Under the pieces are notes generated by a model. That model did not search any database. It worked only from the letters and a program-made list of their open reading frames with translations, and was not told where the DNA came from. A DNA stretch of 64,000 nt from Alphaproteobacteria bacterium (GTDB lineage: Bacteria > Pseudomonadota > Alphaproteobacteria > UBA6615), in NCBI GenBank assembly GCA_021774575.1, contig JAJFIX010000045.1, forward strand, positions 142,561-206,560. The letters are read 5' to 3'. Positions 1 to 8,376 of the stretch are shown here, piece after piece. The position numbers were made by a program, and so were the translations under genes. Numbering within the stretch: position 1 is the first letter of the stretch; the number at the start of each line of letters is the position of its first letter.

Positions 1-1152
1 TCATTCGGTTAATGCCGGAAGCGGCGCATAGTCGGGGAAACTCGGGGTCTCCACAGTTAATTCTGGGCCGCTCAGACTTTCCAGAAATGCGACGAGATCG
101 CTGACATCATCGTCCGTCAAATTAAGGGGGCTGATGAGCGCGGTTTTGGTCGCCCGAAAATCATTGTCACCGCCGCCCTCGTTATAAAACTCAACGACCT
201 GGCGCAAATCAGAGAAGGCACCGTTGTGCATGTAGGGCGCGGTATGGGCCGTGTAGCGAAGGGAGGGGGTGCGAAATTTACCCAAATCCCCATTTTGTTT
301 GGTCCGGTAATAGAGGCCGGCATCGTCTTTTAGAGTCCGATAAAAAGCTTCCGAGACCCCTTTCGAATATTGCTCATACCGAAAGGTTATTTGGGCGAGC
401 CCATCTTCGAGCCAACGTTGGGTTCGGGGGACGCCAATATTGTAATATCGTTGATCGGTGAGCAGCGGCCCGTTGTGGCATTCGATGCAATTCGCGGGAC
501 CGTTGAATAGGGCGAGCCCTCTTTTTTGCGCCTCGGTCAAAGCAGTGCGATCACCGTTCATGAAGAGATCAAAATCTGTGTCGCGTTGCACCAATGAACG
601 CTCGAAAGCGGCGATAGCCTGCCAGGCATTTCTCAGTTGCGGCCATCTATCCCCAAAGACGTCACGAAACCGCTCGCGATATTCGGGAATGAAGGCAAGT
701 CGCGCCTCCATCATATCCGCCTCGCCATTTCCCGCGACCGCACCGGAAGCGGCAGATGCCGCCTGGGATTCGAGGGACGTTGCAGCACCCGCCCAATCTA
801 ATTCGGCATAATAGGCGGAATTAACGATCGACTGACTATTGCGCCAGTGGACCGAACCCTGATAGCCCCGCGAAACATCGTCTGCAAAGGCCCACCCCTG
901 ATCGGGGACATGGCAGGAGACACAAGCGATCGACGTATCGCCGCTCAGCCGCGTGTCGAAAAACAACATTTTTCCGAGCTCGACTTTTTCCGGCGTAATC
1001 GGATTGTCGGCCCGTTCGGGCGGCGGTCCCAGCGGCGCCAGCGGCGGGTTTTCCTCGGCCAGCCCTACCCTGACCAGGGTCACGAAAGCGAGACCGAAAA
1101 CCGCCAGTCCGACCAGCCCGAACAGAAAATTATGTCGCCCCATGGCCTTCAT
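1..1152 (-). CDS. Di-heme cytochrome c peroxidase (CcpA/MauG family), periplasmic
   Basis: 383 aa with an N-terminal signal peptide. Two CxxCH heme motifs (CVSCH, CIECH). Overall similarity to bacterial CCPs. Confidence 0.85.
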   Translation of the reverse strand: MKAMGRHNFLFGLVGLAVFGLAFVTLVRVGLAEENPPLAPLGPPPERADNPITPEKVELGKMLFFDTRLSGDTSIACVSCHVPDQGWAFADDVSRGYQGSVHWRNSQSIVNSAYYAELDWAGAATSLESQAASAASGAVAGNGEADMMEARLAFIPEYRERFRDVFGDRWPQLRNAWQAIAAFERSLVQRDTDFDLFMNGDRTALTEAQKRGLALFNGPANCIECHNGPLLTDQRYYNIGVPRTQRWLEDGLAQITFRYEQYSKGVSEAFYRTLKDDAGLYYRTKQNGDLGKFRTPSLRYTAHTAPYMHNGAFSDLRQVVEFYNEGGGDNDFRATKTALISPLNLTDDDVSDLVAFLESLSGPELTVETPSFPDYAPLPALTE

Positions 1153-1160
1153 TCCGCCCC

Positions 1161-2756
1161 CTAGTTCCTAATCTTCGGCCAATTTTCAATCGCCAAGTAG
1201 CTGGTCGAAATATTTTCCTGCCAGACAAAGTCAGGCCCTGTAAGCGGTTCGCCCGACAGGGAAATCAGGAAATTTACCAAGTCACTTTGTTCCTCAATTG
1301 AAAGTCCCAGCGGTCGGATAAGCGGGTCTTTATTTTGATCCTGGCCGGCACCTTCGTTGTAGAATGCGACCACCTCATCAAGGGTCGCGAAAACGCCGTT
1401 ATGCATATAGGGCGCGGTATAGATTAATTCGCGTAAGGTAGGCGTCATAAAGGTTCCGATATCCGCCCCGTCCACCCGATGAGTTCGGACATGCGCGCCG
1501 ACATCGCGCCGGATATTCATATAGTTTTCAATGCCGATGAATTTTGCAAAGCTCACATAGGTGATGTGGCGCAGCGGGTCGGCCCAAATTTCTCGATTTT
1601 CCGGCACGGCGATATTGTGTGGCGTGTCATCGGTAAATCGAGATCCGGAATGGCAATTTGCGCAACCGGCCTTGCCGGAAAATAACCCCAGGCCACGTTG
1701 GGCCGACGGCGACAGGCTATTTGGAAATGGAGAATTTCGCGAGGTCAGGGTTTTTAGAAATTCGGGTATCGCGTTGCGAACCCCGCCGTTACTTGGCTCA
1801 CCCAAGCCTGCTTCAGCAAACATTCGGACATAGATGGGATCTTGTTTCAGCCGCTCTTGCATGAGCCGCATATCCATGTTCATGACATAGGTTTCGGTAA
1901 TCGACTCCCTGGTTACGTCATTGAGGTTTGTGCCTATTCGCCCATCATGAAACCAGGCCGATTTATGTGCTGTATTAATAAGGGTCGGTGTGTTGCGAAA
2001 TCCGAGAGATCCCGGATAGGCATTGGAAAGCGCCAACCCATCCGAAAAACCGTGCTCTGGATCGTGACAGGATGCACAGCTTATTGCCGCGTCGCCTGAA
2101 AGCCGAGGGTCAAAGAAAAGCCGCCTGCCCAGCTCGGCCATCCGCGCATCAAATTCGATTGGCGCGACAAAGCCATCCTCAAAGTTACCCCCTGTAGTAA
2201 CCGGCCCATTATTTGTCAGAATTTCTGGGAGCTGCGGGCCCAATATTTCGATCGGCACGACAGCCCCAACGTCTGTCGCCAATTCGACCAGAGGTCGCGG
2301 ATCCGCGCTCAAACTGTTTAAGAATAAAACCAAGTCGGCCCTATCGCCGGCATCCTCGATGCCGGGAAAATTCATTTTAGTGCCGGGCACGAATGTACGC
2401 GGATCTTCGAGAAAGGCGAGGAGTTCGCGCGCCCCCCAGCTACCTTGCTTTTGGCTCAATGAATTCGAATAGGAATATGTGCGAACTCTGGCAAATGGCC
2501 GCCCAAAAACATTCCAAAGACTAGGACCCACCCCAAATTGGCGTAGGCCAAAGCGATCAAACCCGTGACAACCCTGACACTGGCTGGATAATTCCTCTCC
2601 ACGAGCGCGGTTTGCACTGGCAAATAGGTTTTCCAGATTGACGTCGATCGGGTCAGCGACCGCCAGAGAGAACGAACTCAATAGCAATATGGCCGCACTG
2701 CCAATATTTAGTCCGCACCCTAAATAACCCATTCCCCCCCCAAAAAAGATCGGCAC
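1161..2756 (-). CDS. Tri-heme cytochrome c peroxidase family protein (YhjA-like: extra N-terminal c-type heme domain plus a CCP core)
   Basis: 531 aa with three CxxCH motifs (CQGCH, CASCH, CANCH) and a signal peptide. An alternative start at the second Met (about 2732) lies directly after a G8 run that could act as the RBS. It sits 8 bp upstream of the di-heme CCP, which suggests one operon. Confidence 0.75.
   Translation of the reverse strand: MPIFFGGGMGYLGCGLNIGSAAILLLSSFSLAVADPIDVNLENLFASANRARGEELSSQCQGCHGFDRFGLRQFGVGPSLWNVFGRPFARVRTYSYSNSLSQKQGSWGARELLAFLEDPRTFVPGTKMNFPGIEDAGDRADLVLFLNSLSADPRPLVELATDVGAVVPIEILGPQLPEILTNNGPVTTGGNFEDGFVAPIEFDARMAELGRRLFFDPRLSGDAAISCASCHDPEHGFSDGLALSNAYPGSLGFRNTPTLINTAHKSAWFHDGRIGTNLNDVTRESITETYVMNMDMRLMQERLKQDPIYVRMFAEAGLGEPSNGGVRNAIPEFLKTLTSRNSPFPNSLSPSAQRGLGLFSGKAGCANCHSGSRFTDDTPHNIAVPENREIWADPLRHITYVSFAKFIGIENYMNIRRDVGAHVRTHRVDGADIGTFMTPTLRELIYTAPYMHNGVFATLDEVVAFYNEGAGQDQNKDPLIRPLGLSIEEQSDLVNFLISLSGEPLTGPDFVWQENISTSYLAIENWPKIRN
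2734..2747. repeat. Homopolymeric tract C8 followed by A6 (G8/T6 on the coding strand) at the 5' end of the tri-heme CCP gene
   Basis: Read directly: cccccccc aaaaaa at 2734-2747. It falls in codons 4-8 of the longest ORF, or in the RBS region of the alternative start. Confidence 0.9.
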
Positions 2757-2956
2757 GGACTATGTTCCTGCTCGCATTCCGCAGCCGGTCATGAACAGGC
2801 GAAATGTGAACGGCACTATTTGTTGGACTTAAACTCGCGAATGGATCGCGTACCGAACCGTCGTACCGACCGTCATTTCGACGGGCCGACAAATACACGG
2901 CACCTTACCAAGTCGCGCCTAGGCATAGATCCTCGTTGGACAATGCATTTCTCGCA

Positions 2957-2970
2957 TTGACCTGGGTCAA
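2957..2970. promoter_or_regulatory. TTGAC-N4-GTCAA palindrome: candidate FNR/FixK (Crp-Fnr family) box upstream of the CCP operon
   Basis: TTGACCTGGGTCAA, a 14-bp dyad in the FNR/FixK format (TTGA-N6-TCAA). It lies about 200 bp upstream of the CCP start in the 274-bp intergenic region. Confidence 0.3.
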
Positions 2971-3030
2971 TTAATTAAACTTTGTGGGTAGGATGAGTGT
3001 GGCAACGCCGGGAAATGAAAAAACCGAATA

Positions 3031-3603
3031 CTAATTACTGTCTTTCCAGCGTTCGACGGTGCCGGTATCGATATCGAATAAATCGAGCAACCGGCCGACC
3101 GTATGGTTGATTACCTGATCGAGGGATTTCGGTCTCATATATAAAGCTGGCACGATGGGCGCGACGACCGCCCCCATTTCTGCAAGCTGGGTCATCGTTC
3201 GCAAGTGACCAACATGGAGCGGGGTCTCGCGAATGCCCAAAACGACACGCCGCCTCTCTTTCAGTGCCACGTCAGCGGCACGGGTCAGAAGCGTGTTTGT
3301 GATTCCGCTGGAAATTTCGCTCATGGTCTTGACCGAACAAGGCAGAATCAACATTCCCCGGGTTTGGTAGGACCCCGAAGAAATAGCGGCTCCTATGTCA
3401 CCGACTGGATAACTGACGGACGCCATTTCACGTAAGGTGGCTGGCTTAAAATCTGTCTCATATCCGAGTGTGAGTTCGGCAGCTTTCGACATCACAAGAT
3501 GGGTTTCGATATTTGTATCGCGCAATAACTCGAGCACGCGAACGCCATAAATCGCACCGGACGCACCGGATATGCCAATGATTAGGCGGTCGGTCGATGT
3601 CAT
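3031..3603 (-). CDS. ubiX: Flavin prenyltransferase UbiX
   Basis: 190 aa; N-terminus LIIGISGASGAIYGVRVLELL, typical of UbiX/Pad1. Confidence 0.9.
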   Translation of the reverse strand: MTSTDRLIIGISGASGAIYGVRVLELLRDTNIETHLVMSKAAELTLGYETDFKPATLREMASVSYPVGDIGAAISSGSYQTRGMLILPCSVKTMSEISSGITNTLLTRAADVALKERRRVVLGIRETPLHVGHLRTMTQLAEMGAVVAPIVPALYMRPKSLDQVINHTVGRLLDLFDIDTGTVERWKDSN

Positions 3604-3785
3604 GAATGTTGCCCGTCAATAGATCGAATAATATTCTTGGTAGGTCAATTCGGGCGATATTCCCGAAACCATTATGAGCGGCCAACAGAGCACACTTGCT
3701 CCCGCTTTTTCAATAGCCATAGCTTTCAGCAACCCAAGCTAAGGCGATTATAGTTGAAAGCTCATATATCGATTTGGGATAAAGT

Positions 3786-4256
3786 TTAGGCCGCTTCTTC
3801 GCACATTGACGGGTCGGATAGGACTAAATCCTCGACCAAATTAAGTAATTGCGACGGCAGGAACGGTTTTGACAGCACTCTATCGGCGCCGAGGCTTTTC
3901 GCCATTTCCAGGAACGAGAGATTTCCAGTCCGTCCACCGCCCGACATGGCGACAATCTTTACGTCATTGCATAAACGGCGCAATTCCAAGATCGTCTCTA
4001 TACCCTCTTTTTCCGGCATCATAATATCGGTCACAACGATGTCGGGTAGAGCCCTTTCAAAAACCTTCAGGCCATCCACACCATTGCACGCAGACTCAAC
4101 ATCATACCCGTTCTCGGCCAAAATATCGCAGACAGTCGCACGCATTTCCTCATTATCCTCAACGACCAAGGCTTTTAACCGCTGCTCGGTCTCCGATTTT
4201 TCATATTCGGACCGGAGGATTTCAGTACCATCCTCGACCCTGAAATAGTTCGCCAT
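3786..4256 (-). CDS. Single-domain response regulator (CheY-like receiver) with a roughly 30-aa N-terminal extension
   Basis: REC motifs are present (VVEDNEEM, VVTDIMMPEKEG, SKPF). I chose the start at MANYF because GGGAGGG lies 5 bp upstream. The longer ORF-track start at 4274 lacks an RBS. Confidence 0.8.
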   Translation of the reverse strand: MANYFRVEDGTEILRSEYEKSETEQRLKALVVEDNEEMRATVCDILAENGYDVESACNGVDGLKVFERALPDIVVTDIMMPEKEGIETILELRRLCNDVKIVAMSGGGRTGNLSFLEMAKSLGADRVLSKPFLPSQLLNLVEDLVLSDPSMCEEAA

Positions 4257-4634
4257 AAAACCCTCCCGTGGCAAATTTTACCTGATTTTGCGTAGACGAC
4301 GGAAGCGCGGTATCGGCACCAAATTTTGGATTGAAATACTGATACCTTAAATACCTTAAAAAACATTACATAAAAATTACCAAAACTTTATGCGGTGTGT
4401 ATTTGCGAAATATCAAGATTTGATAAAAGTTTTTAACAATTGAACAATATTTCCCCTCGGCGTCGGACGCCCAATTGACCAAAGGGTCTTTGCTAATTCC
4501 GACACCCGTTAATAAATCGGTAATCACTTTAGACATATTTTAAAATATGGATAGCACCATTTATATAGTCTCTTTGTATTGTCTTAGGATCCTTTAACGG
4601 CAATTTCGCTCGATATTTTAGGAACGCATCGCCA

Positions 4635-5834
4635 ATGAACGTCCACAAAGATAATAAATTGTTATCGGAAATCGCTCAGCCCTGGAGTTCGGTGCAGAAG
4701 TTTTCAGATGCACTACTCGGGCTGAATGTTGGCGTCGCCCTGTGGGATGCCGATGATCTGTTGGTTAAATGCAATGACTATTACCGGAATGCCCATCCCT
4801 TCGCCGCGGAGCATTTGCTGTCTGGCTCACGTTACGAGGATTTCATCCGCAGTGTTGCCAAGAATGCCTGCGTGCCTGAGGCCGCCGGACGAGAAGAGGC
4901 TTGGATCGCAGATCGTATGAAAACCCACAGAATTGCCGGAAGCATTACCGAGCAAGCGCATGGAACCAAATGGTACGAAGTCCGCAAACAGTTACTTCCC
5001 GACGGAAGTATGATCACCCTCTTTTTCGATATTACCGAACGCAAGAGAGTAGAGGAGCAGCTAGAGGCAACGCTGCAAAACCTTAAACGGTCGAACGAAG
5101 AGCTTGAGCGCTTCGCCTATGTCGCGTCCCACGACCTTCAAGAACCGCTGCGCAAAATCCAAATGTTTGGCGACCGGTTACAAAAAGATCTCGGCAGTGA
5201 GTCCTCCCAAAGCGCCGTGGAATATGTCGGCCGAATGAGGAACGCTTCGGCGCGCATGCAAGTGTTGATTAATGATCTTCTCTCTTTCTCCCGGCTCAAC
5301 ACGAACCAACAATCTTTCGAGCTTGTCGATCTCGATCAAATCGCCGCTGATGTGATTGCAAATTTGGAAGTTACCTTGGCCGAAACTGGTGCGACCGTCG
5401 ACCTGGGTCCTTTACCAGTTCTCTATGCCAATCCAACTCACATGTCGCGCCTGCTTCAAAACCTCATAGCGAATGCGATCAAATTTCATAAACCGGATCA
5501 AAAGCCGGTGGTAACAATACGTGGATCCAGCGCCGCCAACACCCAACCCCAAGGGCAAAATTTCACCAACTCCGAAATCTGCGAAATTACTGTCGCAGAC
5601 AATGGCATTGGATTTGAACCGGAATATAGCCACAAAATTTTTGAATTATTTCAGCGACTTCACGGTAGAAGCGAATTTGCGGGAACAGGACTCGGGCTGG
5701 CAATTTGCCGCCGCATTGTCGAGGCCCATAATGGCACAATTTCCGCTACAGGAATTCCTGGCAAAGGCGCGATATTTAAAATCCTCTTGCCCCTTCAACA
5801 ATCCCAGCAGGTAGAATTCGATGACGCAGCATAG
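4635..5834 (+). CDS. Cytoplasmic PAS-domain sensor histidine kinase with a bacteriophytochrome-type H-box
   Basis: No TM segment. N-terminal PAS-like region. HisKA signature ASHDLQEPLRKI. HATPase_c G-boxes (DNGIGF, GTGLGLAI). Confidence 0.85.
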   Translation: MNVHKDNKLLSEIAQPWSSVQKFSDALLGLNVGVALWDADDLLVKCNDYYRNAHPFAAEHLLSGSRYEDFIRSVAKNACVPEAAGREEAWIADRMKTHRIAGSITEQAHGTKWYEVRKQLLPDGSMITLFFDITERKRVEEQLEATLQNLKRSNEELERFAYVASHDLQEPLRKIQMFGDRLQKDLGSESSQSAVEYVGRMRNASARMQVLINDLLSFSRLNTNQQSFELVDLDQIAADVIANLEVTLAETGATVDLGPLPVLYANPTHMSRLLQNLIANAIKFHKPDQKPVVTIRGSSAANTQPQGQNFTNSEICEITVADNGIGFEPEYSHKIFELFQRLHGRSEFAGTGLGLAICRRIVEAHNGTISATGIPGKGAIFKILLPLQQSQQVEFDDAA

Positions 5835-6288
5835 CGGGATCAAAAACCATACAATAACCATCGTAATGGCCGATGACGATTGCGATGACAGAATGTTAAC
5901 GCGTGAGGCCCTAAACGACAGCAATCTTCTAAATGGATTTGATGAAGTCGAAGATGGCCAGGAACTTATGGATTATTTGCGCCGGACCGGTTCCTACAAG
6001 AATCTTGCCGGAACACCGCTGCCCGGGCTTATTTTGCTCGACCTAAATATGCCGCGCAAAGATGGGCGCGAGGCCTTAAGTGAAATTCGAGCCGATCCGG
6101 ATTTACGGAAAATTCCGGTTGTTGTTTTAACAACGTCCAAGGCGGAGGAAGATATTGCGCGAACTTATGATCTCGGCGTGAACTCTTTCATTGTTAAGCC
6201 AGTCTCGTTTGATGCCCTAACAAAGACAATGCGTGCATTCACCCAATATTGGGCAGAAGTCGTCGAACTTCCTAGACTTAGTGCCTAA
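5821..6288 (+). CDS. Single-domain response regulator (Rcp-like receiver)
   Basis: 155 aa; acidic pocket MADDDCDD, phospho-acceptor context LLDLNMPRKDG, and T/K motifs. Overlaps the upstream kinase by 14 bp. Confidence 0.85.
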   Translation: MTQHSGIKNHTITIVMADDDCDDRMLTREALNDSNLLNGFDEVEDGQELMDYLRRTGSYKNLAGTPLPGLILLDLNMPRKDGREALSEIRADPDLRKIPVVVLTTSKAEEDIARTYDLGVNSFIVKPVSFDALTKTMRAFTQYWAEVVELPRLSA

Positions 6289-6298
6289 GGAGCAAAGA

Positions 6299-7966
6299 AT
6301 GTCGAAGCCGGTACATGTTCTGTTAGTCGAAGACGACGAGGACGATTACATCCTGACCAAGGGCATGTTGATGGACTCACCCATTCGGCGATTTGAGATC
6401 AAATGGGTCGCTGATTACGACGAAGCCGTCCAGGTGATAAAATCGGCGAAATTCGACCTCTATCTGATCGATTATCGTCTTGGCAGAAAAGACGGGCTAG
6501 ACTTGGTGCGCGAAACAATCGCAGCCGGGTGCACGGCTCCTATAATTTTGCTAACGGGCCTGGATAATCGAGATATTGACGTCGAAGCAATGGAGGCCGG
6601 CGCCGCCGATTACCTTGTTAAGGGCCAAATGTCGCCGCTCATTCTGGAGCGCTCCATTCGATATGCGCTTGCTCGCCAGAATCACTTGGCAACAGAGCGA
6701 AAATCTAAGGAGATGCTCGAAAAAGCAAATAAACGCCTCGCCGAGCTTTACGAAAAAGCGCATCAGTCCGTCGATAACGTCTCCCACGAATTCCGGACGC
6801 CGCTCACCGTAGTCAAAGAATATAGCTCGATTTTACGCGACGGGCTGGGTGGCGAGATAAACGAAAAACAAAGGGAATTTCTGACAATCATCCTCGACAG
6901 GGTCGACGACTTGACCTTCCTGGTAGATGACATGCTCGACATCAGCAAACTCGAGGCCGATTTACTTTGCATTTATCGTCGGCGCACGCGCTTAAGCGAC
7001 GTTATCGACCGAATTCGCCCTATTCTTGAACGCAAGGCATTGGCCAATAACGGCAAACTAAAAATTGAAATTGACGACCCCGAACCATTCATTTATTGCG
7101 ATGGCGAAAAAATCGGTCGGGTCCTCATTAACCTCGCGGTCAATGCATATAAATTTTCAGGCGAGGGCGGCGTTGTCTCGATCATCGCCAAAGTCGACCG
7201 GGAAAGATCCGATCTGTGCGTTTCTGTTAGCGACAATGGCCCAGGTATTTCGCCAGAACAACTCCAACCCATATTTGACCGGTTCCAACAAGGAGATAGC
7301 CAGACCCGAAGTGCGACAAAGGGCTTTGGGCTTGGGTTGAATATTGCCAAAGAATTAGTCGAATTAAATTACGGCAATATTTCCGTATCTAGCGAAGTCG
7401 GAAACGGCAGTTGCTTTAGCTTCACTGTGCCCATTTTCGACCCGCTAACGGTTTTTGAACGCTATACCAGCGGCCTGTTACTGTCGGGCAACGGTTCTGC
7501 CGCTATCTCTCTAATTTCCGTAGGATTGGAACCAGGTGCGGATTTGGCGGGTGTCGAGGAGATAGAGCAAATCTTGCAAGTCCAATTGCGGCGGCACGAT
7601 TTACTCTTTGAGACGGGACCGAGCAAATGGGTCCTATGCTCAGCAGCGGACAATTCCGGCCCAGACCTTGTAATCGAAAAAATTTCAGAAGCCATAACAC
7701 AGGCTAATTCGTTCCTTCCCGAAGATGAATTGCCCCCTGTGTCGCTCAACATCATTGGGACATGGAAAGTACCAGGCGATATCGCCGGATTGTTTGCCCG
7801 ATTTAATCAAATTCGCGCTGCCGACGCCGGGAATAACAGCCATAACACGCACACGGAATTTGTGAATACCGCAACGTCAGACCTGCCGATTCCGTCGTTA
7901 CAGATTGAATTAGCTGGTAGCGAAAATGGACCAACACCAAATATAGGCGGCGAAATTGGAAGATAA
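6299..7966 (+). CDS. Response regulator-histidine kinase hybrid (REC-HisKA-HATPase) with an uncharacterised 180-aa C-terminal domain
   Basis: N-terminal REC (LLVEDDEDD, LIDYRLGRKDG), H-box SHEFRTPLT, and HATPase G-boxes (DNGPGIS, GFGLGLNI). The C-terminal 180 aa match no motif I recognise. AAGGAG precedes the 6299 ATG. The ORF-track start at 6233 is upstream of the stop of the previous gene. Confidence 0.85.
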   Translation: MSKPVHVLLVEDDEDDYILTKGMLMDSPIRRFEIKWVADYDEAVQVIKSAKFDLYLIDYRLGRKDGLDLVRETIAAGCTAPIILLTGLDNRDIDVEAMEAGAADYLVKGQMSPLILERSIRYALARQNHLATERKSKEMLEKANKRLAELYEKAHQSVDNVSHEFRTPLTVVKEYSSILRDGLGGEINEKQREFLTIILDRVDDLTFLVDDMLDISKLEADLLCIYRRRTRLSDVIDRIRPILERKALANNGKLKIEIDDPEPFIYCDGEKIGRVLINLAVNAYKFSGEGGVVSIIAKVDRERSDLCVSVSDNGPGISPEQLQPIFDRFQQGDSQTRSATKGFGLGLNIAKELVELNYGNISVSSEVGNGSCFSFTVPIFDPLTVFERYTSGLLLSGNGSAAISLISVGLEPGADLAGVEEIEQILQVQLRRHDLLFETGPSKWVLCSAADNSGPDLVIEKISEAITQANSFLPEDELPPVSLNIIGTWKVPGDIAGLFARFNQIRAADAGNNSHNTHTEFVNTATSDLPIPSLQIELAGSENGPTPNIGGEIGR

Positions 7967-8372
7967 ACCGACCGTCGTCGTCATTGACGATGACCTTCAC
8001 ATTACCGAGGCCTTGAGCCTCCGGCTGACTATGGCCGGGTGTAATGTACGAACCGCCGACAACGGCTATGCTGGCCTCGCCCTGATCAGCGAATGCAACC
8101 CGGATGCTGTTGTGCTCGACTTATCTATGCCTCAGATGGACGGAATAACAGTATTGACCAGTCTAAACGATAGCGGCCTCAACGAGGTCATCCCAGTCGT
8201 AGTTCTTACAGCTAGAGTCTCTGACAAGGTCAAACGAAGAGTAATGGAACTTGGCGCATATGGCTTCATCCAGAAACCTTATGACGCCGAATATTTGGTG
8301 ACAACATTGCAATCGGCAATTAGCAGGGGCCATCAGGATATGTCGCCAATGTCATTCACAGCACGGGGATAG
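7956..8372 (+). CDS. Single-domain response regulator
   Basis: 138 aa; VVVIDDD, VVLDLSMPQMDG, KPY. Apparent TTG start overlapping the hybrid kinase stop, so the start is uncertain. Confidence 0.75.
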   Translation: MEDKPTVVVIDDDLHITEALSLRLTMAGCNVRTADNGYAGLALISECNPDAVVLDLSMPQMDGITVLTSLNDSGLNEVIPVVVLTARVSDKVKRRVMELGAYGFIQKPYDAEYLVTTLQSAISRGHQDMSPMSFTARG

Positions 8373-8376
8373 CGTT

